From: Lama glama
Lineage: Eukaryota
Direction: 5' to 3'
Length of the DNA stretch: 64,000 nt
NCBI GenBank assembly: GCA_028534125.1
Contig: CM052832.1
Coordinates: 21,330,001-21,394,000, forward strand
Both the position numbers and the translations under genes were made by a program. The notes beneath the pieces were generated by a model. The model was not told the DNA's origin. It ran no database searches and saw nothing but the letters and a program-made list of their open reading frames with translations. This document shows, piece by piece, positions 39,801-52,839 of the stretch. Positions within the stretch are counted from its first letter, which is position 1. The number at the start of each line of letters is the position of its first letter.

Positions 39801-40994
39801 TAAGCTATTTCTCCGCACACAAAATTCTGAGGAATTTTTTTCTCTAGCCAGAAAACATAGTAAAAAGAAAGCAACCATGCTTTTCCTCTGTTAAAATCAG
39901 TGTAGAAAGTAGAGACCTAAGCTACGCCTCCCTTTGACTCTGAGCAATGGCATCCAAGACAAGTGGTTACTGCTGTTGAGTTTTGATGGAATCCCATGGC
40001 TTTTAGTATTTTTTCTCAGCTCTTACCACTGGTACTTTAGATGTCTTTCCCCTCACCAGTTTGAGCTCTCAAACTCACAAAGACCCTTTCTTCCACTTTC
40101 ATGGCAAACTTCGTACACTGCAAAGCAGGAAGAGAAGAGTGATGGGCGTAGTAGCGGACGGACTGGATGGAAGCGGCCATCCCTGGGCTTCTCCTTGTGT
40201 CCCTTTTCTGAGTTCCTGATTCTGCACAGCCCTGCCCTTCACACCCGGGGCTAACCTCTTCCACGTCGCTTCCAGCCGCTTCCCCGTTTTGTTCTACGTG
40301 TGCTCTCCACTCTTCAGGGAACACTGGCCAGTTTATAGCCACTTCAGCCATCTTGACAGGCTGTTTAAAGTGATTCTTTGGGTGGAAAAAAAAATGCTTT
40401 TTCTAACCCCCTGGTGTCGAGTTATCTGTTGTGTTAAGAGACACTGCTTCCTACTGCTGGGAGGGGTGGAGCAAACAACTCATTCTTCTCTTCAGAGAGC
40501 AGCTCTGCTCCTGGAATCTCAGGGGTTTCTCACACCTTCTGACTTCATGATTCAAAACATATTCTTTCTTCTCTGCTCTTAATTAAAGCATTTCTTTTAT
40601 CACTCATCGCTGCTGTGTAATTTAAACCAGCCATTGGCCAGCGGAAATAAAATTGATTAAAAAAAATAAAAATCACTTCTTTAAATGTTAGCTCCATATT
40701 TTTCAAGAAGGAAAATACCAAACTTGATCCCTTTCAGGTCAGGAAGGTAAAACCAAGCCCCTCTGAACACCTGCTTCTCCTGCTTTCTTCACGCCTTACT
40801 GTACTCTTTTCGGCAGGGCAAAGACTCTGACTTGTTTTGTATTTAACCCGATTTTATGAAACGACTGGGCAACAAAAAAAGGGACTTCCTCTTGCTAACA
40901 AAACTATTCCTGGGATAAATGAATATATTTTTACACCAATGGCCATAAATAGATTATTTTAAAAATCCCAGTGTCTTTATATAACTCAGAACCA

Positions 40995-41730
40995 CAGTAT
41001 TGTGGTTGAAAGTGTGGGTCCTGGAGCCAGAGTAACTTGGATAAGCCTCTTTTGTAACTATAATAGGGAAGAACAAATCTGACCCCATGATGGATCTGTT
41101 TCTTTTACTTTAACCTTTGTATTCTATCGCCTTTGCTACAAGTTAAGTGTGCTGCCTATAGACTGAAATATATAGGACAGCCCATTTCCCCGGCTCTGAC
41201 CTTTAAAGCTGTAACACTTTTCCATTCAGATAGAGAGAAAAAGTTGCAGAACAGAGAGTAACATTTGTCTTGGAGCTTTATAGGAACATTGTGATGGGAC
41301 CTATGCGGACAGCTGCAATAACAAAGGACTCTGGCAGCAAGAAGTCTGCAGCAACCAACCACACCCTTTCCCCTTTTAGTGTAAAAGAAGCCTGGACTCT
41401 AACTTGGTTCTTTGGGACACTAGCCCACCATCTTTGAGGGCTACTGGCTTTCCGAATAAAGCTGCTATTCCTTGCCCTCACCACTCATCTCTCAATTAAT
41501 TGGCCTGTTATGCAATGAGCAGTATGAGCTTGGACTTGGTACCAATAGCTGTGTGACCTGGCACAATGACCTACCTTTCTGCAGCCTGCTTTTCTCATCT
41601 TAAAAACGGGGATAATAATAATACCTACCACTTTTGACTGTAGTGAAGACTATTTGAATTTACACATAGAAGGCACTGAGAAGAGTGTCTGGCATCGACT
41701 AGCTGCTCAATGACTGTTATCTATTATTTG
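40995..41730 (+). mobile_element. MIR SINE split by an LTR insertion
   Basis: Head GTGGTTGAAAGTGTGGGTCCTGGAGCCAGA lies before 41053. Core TAGCTGTGTGACCTGG..TTCTCATCTTAAAAACGGGGATAATAATAATACCTACC resumes after 41544. Confidence 0.85.
41053..41544 (+). mobile_element. ERV1-type solo LTR (MER41-like)
   Basis: TGTAAC...GGTACCA termini, AATAAA at 41455, U5-like ATTGGCCTGTTATGCAATGAGCAGTATGAGCTTGGACTTGGTACCA. Confidence 0.85.
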
Positions 41731-44021
41731 TGTAACAGAATAGTGCATAAAAAGGCCATTCACCCACTGTGACTTCAGGACAAATTCTGGGAACCTCCAA
41801 GGAGGATCAGGAACAAAGAAAATGTTCTGCCTCTCACATCCTGCCTAAAACACTTTTCTTTTTACTATTCAAAAATTCTTTTGGTTCAGCACAATCTTGA
41901 AAAGATACTTATCAAAATAAGAGTTCAAGGGAGTATGTGTTTTAAATATGATCATTGGAGTTAGCCAGATAAGCATTTGACTCATACTGTTTAGTACTCT
42001 TAATAGCTTTGGTTGAAGTCCTGTATAATCAAAAACAATCAAAGCCAGTAGCTCTGTCAGCTTCTCTGCAGAAACAAAAAGTCATCAGTGGCCAAAGGAA
42101 GTTAAGATATTTGCCTTTTCCCTGCAAGAATTTCTCATTTCACATATAAAGTACAGATTGCTGTTGCTGCATCAAGCATTAGGGAACTTAAGATACAGCT
42201 TGTGGAAGGAATTAAAAATCATTCTTCCAAAGCAGTTTTGCAGTGTTCTCGTGTGTGTGTTTTGGGGGGCGGCGGGGAGTCATTTGTTTCTCCTAATTCT
42301 ACCCCATCAAGATTATCCTCCAATCTGACATTTCGTAATCTGAGTTTATTTTCCAGATTTGATTTCTCAATGTTTTGCAGCTTTTAAAGTCCTCAGTTAA
42401 AACAGCATCGTCAACATCAATCACCATTTTCACTTTTTCCTTATTTTTTTTTCTTTCCTCCTGCCATGTTTGTTTGTTTGGTTTCTTTATAAATCCTTTT
42501 TCCACCACTATTTTAAAATAGTATCTGACCTTTTTTTGCATCAACCCAAGCTAATCCAACTTAATAAGTCAATTTTGAGTTTCCCAAGAGAGACAAATGG
42601 GAAAGCAGGCAGATCTATATTCTGGATTGTGGAACCCAAAAGAAGAGCAACATGGAAGCATATGTTTATCTCTGCCGTATTTTTCTGAAAAACAACAACC
42701 CAGGCTACCAACCAACCAGATAACATTACAAATGAAAAGCAGAAGATCTTTTACATGTATCATGCCATCAACAGACAGCTGCCCACCAACCCAAGTTCTC
42801 TTTTAGCTCTCTTCAGGGTTTTAGAGCTGAACCATGGGGATGTTTCTCCTACCACTGAACGTGCTCTGTCCTGGTTATAAATATAGAGGACTTCTCTTTT
42901 TATCTGTTTTAGTCAGAATACTGAATACTCCCAGAATACTGAAACCTGTAGGTAAACTAGGATTTAAATTCAGAAGAAAGAAGTATAAGAGGAGGAAAAT
43001 TCCAGGAACTTAACTGACTCACTATCTGAAACTTAAGCACACTCACTTGAACTAATTTAACTTAAGTCCTAATAGTGCAACTTCATAGTTTTATTGCCCA
43101 GAGTCGAAGGGGAGAGCACCCATGCCGATTTGGTACGTGGAAAACTTCGGCCGCTTAGCCAAGAACAGGCTTCTGGGATTCTCTTTAGGACGCTCTCAAC
43201 TCTGAAACTGGCCACCACTCTCAGTGATTCGTACGGTCCGGTGTCAGGGCAGCCCTGCGTATCTGACACTCACCTGGAGGTCTGGTGACTGCGCCTTAAA
43301 GATCATTCCAAAGCATCTGCATGGCTTTCCAAAACAGAATAGCCGCTCTCCTCTGCCACACATCCTGATGTCTTATCACCTTTCTTCGGCCATTCAAAAG
43401 CTCCCTTTCCACAGAGAACCCTTCATAAACACTGACGTCAAGCTGAGGAGTTGTATGTGAAAGATCTGGGTAGAGATAAAGAGGTGGATTAAGTTACAAA
43501 ATATCTTTGCAAGGTTTTTGGTTTGTTTGTTTAATCTACAATGCACTTTTTTTCCCCTAAAAACAGAATTCTTTAGGTGGTTAGGTTTCCAACCCTGACT
43601 CTAAAAATTTATTTAAATGTTAAGGTAGGTAAATTAGAGTGTTAAAATCACTTCCCATGGTTTCTTTAAGAAAAGCAGTGAGCTAGACGTAACAGGGACA
43701 TTGGAAGCAGGGTGGGAACTCTGCTTTTCCTACAATCCCACTCTTTAGAACTGAAGTCCCTTTAAGTTTCTTCCTCCTTTTTCCCTCAGACACAAATGAA
43801 TTTCCTCTTCGCTTTTTTCCCCCTCTCAGGAAATGGGAGTGGATTTCTTCTTCCCTTTTATGCCCCCTCAAACAACAACAGGACCCTCAGGGGGTCCTGC
43901 CCAGCAGCTTGGACAGTGAATCCAGTGATGGACAGTGACAACAAGGGCCACAAAAGAGAAGCTTCCCACAGCCCCACGTCAGCTGTGCAGTCCTTGAGGA
44001 CCACTGGTGGTAAAGGAGAGC

Positions 44022-44420
44022 CGTGGTGAAACTATGGAGACAACAAAAAGAACAGTGGTTATCAGGGGTTTGGGGTGGGAACGGTGAACAGACAGAGCAG
44101 AGGATTTTCAGAGCAGAGAGAACACTCTGTACAATACTGTAATAGTGGATACACGATAGTGGATACATATCATTATACGTTTGTTCAAACCCACAGAATG
44201 CACAACAGAGTGAGCCCTAATGTAAACCGTGGACTCTGGGTGATTACGATGTGTCAACGTAGGTTCATCGGTTGTAACAAATGTACCCCTCTGGTGGGGG
44301 ATGTTGATAATGGGGACACTATGCACATGTGGGGACAGGAAGTATATGGGACATCTCTGTATCTTCCCCTTGGTTTTGCTGTGAACCTTAAACTGCTTTA
44401 AACAATACTAAAGTATGAGT
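44022..44420 (+). mobile_element. L1MC-like 3' UTR
   Basis: CATTATACGTTTGTTCAAACCCACAGAATG, CCTAATGTAAACCGTGGACTCTGGGTGAT, TGCTGTGAACCTTAAACTGCT. Confidence 0.9.
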
Positions 44421-44539
44421 TTTTGAAAAAAGGAGAAAAAGAGGGGAAAAGAAATAGAGTAGAGCAGTTCTGGAGAAAAAAATAGCCACTAACAATAACT
44501 TATCATGTACAAAACATACCCCCACCCATCACCACATCT

Positions 44540-44680
44540 GATGTTCACATTCACCTTGCAGGGTAGGTGTGATTTCCACCCGCACTTTACAGAGATGTTA
44601 AGTGAAGCTCTGAGAGGTAAGTGACTTACACAAGGTCACATGGCTCATAAGTGGTAGAGTTAGGATTCTGAACACTTTTC
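44540..44680 (-). mobile_element. MIR SINE
   Basis: CACTTTACAGAG..GAGAGGTAAGTGACTTACACAAGGTCACATGGCTCATAAGTGGTAGAGTTAGGATT. Confidence 0.85.
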
Positions 44681-45039
44681 ACTTCAGAGTATCAGCTCAG
44701 TCTTTAATGTGCAACTGTCACCAACTATACATCAATGAAGCTGTATACAGTTGTCTCAGAAGCACACGTAGAGAAATGCAGCATAAACTTCTTCTAACAA
44801 CTAATGATCAACTTGCCTTTGTATGTTTAAGTAAGACAAAGTAACTGAAACATAGTAAGTGTTATTTCTTTTGTTTAAAGCACTCTATATTTTAAAGCTT
44901 ATTATTCTGTTTTGTTAATTTATGTTAAGGACCTGAAAATTTGAAAAGCATATCTAACAGTGTATAAAATAAGGATTTATTACAGAAATTGAAGAATGGG
45001 CATTAGAATTTTATCAACATAATTTATTCCATTAATAAA

Positions 45040-46232
45040 TTACAGGGAAAATAGAAAATTACTCCAATATATGACTTTAAAAAGACACAGTTCAGTAAGC
45101 ATTCATAGTGAAATCTCTAAGTAAAATAAAAGTAGGAGAAAACTTTTAAACAGGTATTAAAAATCAAAGATAACTTGTAAAGCAGTCAGAGGAAGGAGAC
45201 ACTGTGTATCAGTGGACAAAAATAAGAATTATGAGTGACTACTATGCACAGAAAACAACGAAGGTCAGAAAACAATCAGACGTTATGTATAAAACACAGA
45301 GAGAAAACTATCAGTCTAGAATTCTACAGCCAGTGAAAATATTCTTCAATAAATGAGGTTTAAATAAGTTTCTGGATAAATGAAAGCTGAGACAATTCAT
45401 ACCCAGCAGATGCTCACTTCAAAAATGTTCAAGGAAGTTCTTCAGACTGAAGAGAAATGATAACAGATGGAAACTCAGTTACACAGAGAAATCACTACCA
45501 CCAGTCTTAGTAAATATGTGGGTGAATTTTTAAAATCTGCCTTTCTTATTTTTAAAATTTATTTCAAACAAAATTGACCATTTAAGTTAACTATAACAAC
45601 ATTGTGTTGTGAATTTTATAACATATATGAAAGCAAAATATATGACAATTGATAAAGAATGGAGTGATGGTGGATGGCATTATACTACTGTAAGATTCTC
45701 ATATTTTACATGAAGTGGTACAATATTAATTTAAGTGAACTGTGATAAATCAGGAATGCATAATAAAATCCCTAGAGCTACATTTTTAGGAAAATTGCAA
45801 AGAGGAGTACTTAAAAAGTCAGTACATGTTCAACAAATGTTGTGTTGCAACTGAATATCCATATGCAAAAAAAAACTCCGATTAATACAAAAATTAACTC
45901 AAAGTGGACCACAGATCTCAATATAAAACCCAAACTCTAAGATTATGTTGTGCTAAAGAAGTTAGACACAAAACAGTATATACTCTATGACTTCATTTAA
46001 ATGACATTTAAAAACAGGCAAAAATAATCTATTGTGATAGAACAGGATTTGCTTCTTGAGGTGGACTGACTGCATGCAACATAGCAAGAGCAAACTTTTT
46101 AGTGATGAAAATGTACATCTTTACTGGATGTTATCTACACAGGTGTGTAGGTCTGTCAAAAGTCATTGGACACGCATTTATTTACTGTACATTTCACGCC
46201 ATGTAAATTTTTTCTTAATTAAAAATAAAACT
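45040..46232 (+). mobile_element. Old L1M fragments (ORF1 end/inter-ORF, ORF2 end, 3' UTR) joined by large deletions
   Basis: ORF1-type TCTAGAATTCTACAGCCAGTGAAAATATTCTTCAA, then ORF2-end TTCAACAAATG..ATATCCATATGCAAAA (about 45829), then 3' UTR ATACTCTATGACTTCATTTA. Confidence 0.75.
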
Positions 46233-47439
46233 CAAAATCGCAATGCATTAGTGAATTCAAAATCTGAGCAGAAATTTATTCTGAGTATCACACAGAAGGA
46301 TGAGGTATAAAATATAAAATAAATATCGTAAATATAACAAAATATTATCATGTTAAACCAGGAGACTGGATTATAGGGTATCTGGAATATTAGCTTCTGT
46401 GATTTTTCTGCATGTATAAAATATTTCAAATTAACTGAAATAAATAAAACATCATAAAAGTCAAAATGTCTCTCCAACCTTAGTGGTATCCTTACAGTGA
46501 CACTTGGGTCAGAGATCAGCAAGTAATGTCATTGTTTTAAAATACCCCATAAAAGAGACCGGCAAGCTTAAGGACCCATGATTTCTGAGAGTATTTATCA
46601 CAGTATTGTAAATCCCACCAGCCATTATTTTATCAGATGAGTTGGGAGCATAATTTCTGCCCTGTCTTCTGTTCCCATTTTGCTTTTGAAATTTGGGCAT
46701 CTGACTGTTTCACTCAACTGAAAAACCAGAGCCAAGTTCTCCAGGCGATTTTCTCTTGCATTTTAAATGCAAAGACATTTCGAAGTGAATTGATACTGTT
46801 GTTTACAATGCCATTCAATTGCCATCATTACATTTCACTCAATCAGACCTACTAGAGGAACCAGATTCTTTAAAAATTTCATTTCTCTACATTTCTTTCA
46901 CGGAGGTGACATTTTGAAAAATCAACTGCATAATTAGTGTTCTTACTTTATTACTACACCAATTAGTGTTCACTGAGTTCGCAGAAGGTGGGTGGTAAAT
47001 CAGTCTAGTAATATTTGATTCCTTCAACAAATTTTGAGAGCCTTATATTAAACACAGGCTCTGTTCTAGGTGGGAGGTAAATACAAAACTATAAATGAGC
47101 ACCTATTCTCCAGGACTTTCCAATTAGAACAAGACATAATGTTCACACAAATAATAATGATGCCTGAATATGAAAGATGCCTGAAGAGAGGTAAGTAAAG
47201 GGTTTTTGGAATTCAAAGAAGGGAAAACTTTCTGGCAGCTGGAAAGAGTGGGTTATCAGGAAAGAGTTCTTAAGTGGTAATGGTATTTTAGTAAGGTTTT
47301 TAATGGCTAGGACTACAGTAGCTGGAGAGGGCAGGAGTTTGGGGGGCATTTATAGAGAAGCAGGGGCACATTTGGCTGGGGATGCTGAAGTGATAAAGAT
47401 CTGGATTGGAATTAGGTTGAAACAAAATAAAAATGGAAC

Positions 47440-47970
47440 AAGACTGTGTACAATGCTTTTGGCTGCAGGTAGCTGAAAAACTGACTCAGATTTTAAATGA
47501 AAAAATGTCATATCATATCATGGGAGCTCCAGAGGCAGGGCAGACTGGAGAGTTAGCAGTTGCTTCAGCAGCCTGGGGATGCCTTTAAGGATCTAGGTTC
47601 TTTCTGCCTCTCTGTTCTTCCAACCTTGGAGTTGGCTTACTTCCAGGAAATCCAGCCAAACATGCAGCATCCAAAGGCCGACTCAGCTTCTCTCTAAGAC
47701 TCTCTCAGGAGCAAGGGAACTTCCAGAGGCCGCTAACACATCTCTCCTCACATCTCATTGGCTAGAACTGTGTTATTAGCACATTCCTAAAACAATCACT
47801 GGCAAGGGGATTTGGATTATTCTTAGATCAATCGGAGCCTCTTCTTCACCCTGAGACACATTTCCAAGTGTTGGATAAATGGAGATCTGAGAAAAATCAG
47901 AGTTATCTTAGGATAAAGGAAGGAAGAAAAGAGATGTGTGTGGGATGGAAACCAGTAACATCCACTGTGG
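47440..47970 (-). mobile_element. Old MLT1 (K/L-like) MaLR LTR
   Basis: TTTTGGCTGCAGGTAGCTGAAAAACTGACTCA, CTCCTCACATCTCATTGGCTAGAACTG..AATCACTGGCAAGGGG. Confidence 0.75.
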
Positions 47971-48462
47971 GACCAACAACTGTCACATGCCTTCCCCACA
48001 CGGGCATAGGTCTGCTGTACGTTTTAGGTTAACATGTGTGGATCTGGATAACAAAGCACCTTCACAAGGACCAGGATGAGATGGCTGCACTTTATTCCGC
48101 AGACGTGAAGAGACTTACAGGATTCTGACTAGGGAAATTATATAATCAGAGTAAGATATTTAGAGACTTAACAAGAGTTTGTGAAAACAGAGAAACTGCA
48201 CGTGTACCTGAAAGCAGTAGGACTACTTGTCAAAAATACGATGTCAAATTGTCACCAACTTTCCTTATTTTCCATTTCTAGCCATACTCCGTCCTCCATC
48301 CTTCTGCCTGGAACTTGGTTAACACAACCGTACAAGTTAAGCTTGTCACCATAATGAAGCAAATAAATCGGAGGTGTAAACAGGATGGAATGGAGGTAAA
48401 TAACCAAGAAAGTCCCATGCTACTCCCACTGTCACCATTTAAAAACAATAGAGTCCCTGTCT

Positions 48463-48633
48463 TGGGGGGGGGAACGCATAGCTCAAGTGGTAGAGTGCGT
48501 GCTTAGCATGCACGAGGTCCTGGGTTCAATCCCTAGTACCCCCTCTAAAAATAAATAAGCGTAATTACTTCTCCCCTCCTCCCACCAAAATAAAATAAAT
48601 AATACAATAATAAATAAAATATTTTTTTAAAAA
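48463..48633 (+). mobile_element. tRNA-Ala-derived SINE (Vic-1-like, camelid)
   Basis: A box TAGCTCAAGTGG (48479), AGC anticodon loop (48505-48507), B box GGTTCAATCC (48523), AT-rich tail. 13-bp TSD AGAGTCCCTGTCT at 48450-48462 and 48634-48646. Confidence 0.9.
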
Positions 48634-51600
48634 AGAGTCCCTGTCTATGCCTCTGGCACAGATTCTAGTTTTGCCAGTCTGCTTTGATCTACTTTGTGGT
48701 GTGTTTAGTTCCCCGAGTAGTGCTCCCATCTCCTTCTGTACTTTCTGAGCTCAGTTCTTCCAAGTCCATTCATTCCAATTCCTATCATCCCTTCCACTCT
48801 TGCTATGAAGACTTTCCTAGGGATGTCCTGTAACTTACAAGGTCCTCTCCTTCTCATTTTCGTTTGGGTTTCTCAAGATGCCATTTAGCCACTTCATCCA
48901 GATACACAATATTCTCGCTCCTATAAACCAGAGCGAGTGAGATTACCTAAGTGTGTTTTAATTTCTCAGTCAAATCTCTGAACTCATCTTTGAGAGTCAA
49001 CATTTTTATCTTTTACCACCACACTTTTAAAGGATCCAGAATATCACAGGATTAAATGTAGAGCTTAAGTTACTAAAGATGCTCCAATATGATAGACAGA
49101 GAAGGCCTCAAGAAATGAAGTTAACTCATCTCTGAGGTGGGGGGTGACTGTGTCAAAATAACATTTTGAGTGCATCTGACTTTCTGATTTACATCTTCCT
49201 GGCAGCTAAGAGCCACCTGGGAGAGGTCCCTGTTCTCTCACCTTCTCTTTTCTTCTACAGGGGCTCCTGCACTGGCTCAGTCCCTCCTGAGGATTCACCA
49301 GTGGTGGTGGTCAACCTCAGGGAGAAGGGCAGCAGGCAGCAAAAGCCAATGCCAAAGCCAAAAGTGTCTAGGAGGGGCCCTTTCACTCCTTTCCACGTCC
49401 CCTAAGCAGTCCCGTAAGTACTTACATGCTTGGCAGTGACATGAGGAAATGGCTCGTGGTGTTTCCAAGGGGACGCACTTTGAGGGACTGGGAGTGATTA
49501 ACGACCATGGAAGGGAGCAGGACAGCCAACCCCACGGTCAATGAAATAAAAGCTTAGCTAGGGAACTGGGAGCTTTCTCCTGATCTAGGTCTGACTTTAG
49601 GTTTGCAAACACAAGACACCCCCCAGTACTGTCTCCTCTCAAACTCCTCATCAGTCTTTGCCCAGCCCCCCAGCAGCAGAGAAAGCAGGAGTGATTCGCT
49701 CCTGAAGAAGGATGGTCTCACTAGTGCCACCGCCCAGTGAGCAATACGTTCCTACCATCCCGTACAAGAGCTTAGACCAGATTTCCCCAAAGGACGATGC
49801 TGCCTGAGAAAGGTTTCCGAGCTCCTGACGCTGGGCTGTGTTGAAGGTACACATAGGCTAGAAGTGGAAACACAGAGTCGAATCCACGGTCCCAAACCAC
49901 AAAACGCATTAGCTGAGATCCCAGACTAGAACCCAGTCTCCCCACTCCCAAACCAGCGCTCCTTTACGATGTCTCCATTACGAATGAACTGGGCTTTTCA
50001 GAGTGCGTCTGAGGCCCTGAACACTTCTGCTTACATAATTTATATGAGAGGAAAAAAGCACGTGGAATTTCAAACGATCAATTCTGCTAACATTATTAAC
50101 AGGGGACATCCCGTACTGGACTTGCAGCTTTCTTTGTCGGCCTTTTCCTCTAAATGCCTCTGGCATGTCTTGTGAGTATTGAACAAACACCAGTTCTGCC
50201 TAGGTCATGAATTTTGTCAATGTGAACTGAAAATGTGCCCGCTTTTTTTTTTTTTTTAATCCTTGCCAACAGCTTTCTTAATTAACCTGCTGATAGAATC
50301 AACAGCACATTCGCTGCTCTCCGTTTGCTCTCCCGCCACTACGGAGTCAGGACGCTCTTTGGGAAGCACAGAACACTGCCTGAGGTTGTTTTGTTTTCCA
50401 GAAAGAAAGGGGTGGGGGAGCCCAAACCCTCACAACCACAGTAAATTTGACTTAATTGCTAAAACTTCCTTCTGATTGTTTTGCCCCGAGTAACAGCCCT
50501 TCCTTAACTAATAACTTTAATTAGAGCAACCGCTAGTTAATAAAAGTGTACCTTTTCTGTTGACTTGGTCTGTTCCTGCAAAAACTTCTAATTATGAAAC
50601 CGAGGATCAGCAAGTCACCTTCTGAGGTTTTCGTTAGATGGGGAGTGGGGTCCAGGAGTCACAGACCTCATGCATTTCGTGCTCTGTGCATCAGCCTGTC
50701 GTGGCTGAAGGCCATCTGCTGGGCTTTGCCTTTACTGCTTTCCCTGACACATGGGGTGAGCGCAAGGCAAATACGGGGTCCCGATTCTGGAAGAATCCGT
50801 CTTCGGAGAATAACCAAGTTGAGGATATGGGGTGCCATCGCTACGATGAATGTAGATTTCCCAGTGAAACCCAAGTTCTTCACTTCATTCCCAAAAGTTA
50901 TCTAGGATGGTGCAGTTACTACTTAGAAAAAAAAATTAGTTGTTTAAGGCACCAAAAAACATCTAATACAAGCCTATTCTTTGGCTTGTATTCACAACAT
51001 TTTCAGCTGATTATGAAGAAAATAAAATTTTCCTGCACTTCAAGCTGCTGTGTCAGTGTTCTTGTTACGGGATGGTTATCAGTTGAAGGGCCATGCTGGG
51101 CTCACCCCTCATGCGAAATTACTTAAATGATCTACTTCAACTGCGTTATTGCCAGGTAAGGATGGCCTCATGTTTGAAGACACATATTTAGTGGTTGATT
51201 GGGCAAGAAACGGTGATGTTTTTCTAGCTTGTTTTGCCTCCTTCTGCATCCATCCAGCTTGCTTTCCCCATGCTGCCTTGCAAAGCTGCCCTTTCTCTTT
51301 GAAAATCACTCAGCAGGCTTACAGGCCCCCCACTGGCTGGCTCTCCTGTGATGCTGCGGGGTGGACAGTCTCACCCCCAGCCCCGCCCGCACCCGCAGGC
51401 AGTCTGTGGCTGGCCCTCACGTTCACGTCCAAGTTGGGAGAAGCGGGAGGGGCAGCTCAGGCACGTGGCCGCCACGCGTGGAGGGCTGATCACTGCGTGG
51501 ATGGCACAGATTATCTGTCCCTTCTGTCGTTATGATGGACAGCACCCCGCTGTACACCACAAGAATTTCCCACAGCCTCAGTGGAAACCTTGGGTCCTGA

Positions 51601-52839
51601 CAAAAGGACTTCTGATCAGCGACTGTATCTGCTTAATGGGATGCTGACTACAGATGCTGACCCTCCTGGTCCCTCCTTTTGTGGTCCCCGCTTCTCTTAC
51701 TGTTGTTCATCCTTCATAGAAACGTGCAGTGTTAAATGGGTGCCTGGTTAATCAGAATTACAGATTTTTATTTTTAAATGAAGTAGGGAGTTATTTAAAA
51801 TCTGCAAGCCACTTCCTAGACAGGGCAAGTCCCCCTGGAGGTTTCCTTTGTTCCGGGAAGAATAACTTTAATGTAGAACAAGTGAGCATCCACAAACTAG
51901 TCTCTGATGGGTCAGAGTAGACGGACTGAGGTCTGCTGGCAAACAAAGACCCCAAGGGTGTGGGGGTCTCAGCATGACGGCAAAAGGAGGGTCTAGAAAT
52001 GCAAGCCCAGCTCCACAACAGCAGGACGATGGAGAGGTGGTCCTAGTGTCGGGTGGACAGTGTGGGTGTGCTGGGGTTGGGGTGAAACAGCCAAGTAAGA
52101 AAATGCAGACCAAGAGCTATGGACCTTGAGGGTGTGATCCTCATCCTGTCCTAAAGGGCCACTCAGCAAAAGATCCGGACCAGCAGTAGCATCGTCACAA
52201 GGGAGGACAGGAGCACTGAGCTGTGACAGCCCGGGTCTCCTGGAAGGCAGGGGTGGAGCAGAAAGCAGCCACAAGGGGGCTACCTCGTGGACCAGTCATA
52301 TATAACAGTTCCCTCTCCAGGAGCTGTTGATTACCAGACCTGCGTGATCTGGATCACTTAGAGACTGGAGAGCCTGCCAGTCTCTGGAGGCCCACGCTAG
52401 ATTTAACTTAAAAATCAAAAGGATGAGGCTTCATGTGTATCCAAGGTGGGACCCTGGTCATTCAGGCTGTCTTAGAACCAAAAGGGCTACAGAGCTCAAT
52501 CAGTCCTCATTTTGCAGAGAAGAATTACTCAAGTCCAGATTCATTTACTCCCATGACAAAGCAAGTAATGGGTAGCGTTTCTATAAGAGACACAGAGGGG
52601 TGACTGCCAACACAGTGTCTTTCATTGTCAAAACTTGCAATTCCCCCTAAATTTGTTATTATTTGCTTTCAGTAGTCTGAGATTTAGGAGGGTGCAAACT
52701 TTAGCTCCTACTTTGGAATTTTGAGACTAAGCCTGAATTTTCCAGTTTCAGACTTTGGGACATATGTCATCAGGTTTCCTCTAATAACCAGGAGAGCCTA
52801 GAGATTTCTTACTAAGGTAACTACAGAGATGAAACTCTT

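Noticed and set aside
48466..48540. Apparent tRNA-Ala(AGC) gene
   Set aside because: The acceptor stem pairs poorly, and the AT-rich tail and 13-bp TSD show it is a SINE.
50240..50475. PolyT plus CAG acceptor into a 70-aa ORF
   Set aside because: The tract is a homopolymer run, I saw no good donor nearby, and the peptide is unrecognised.
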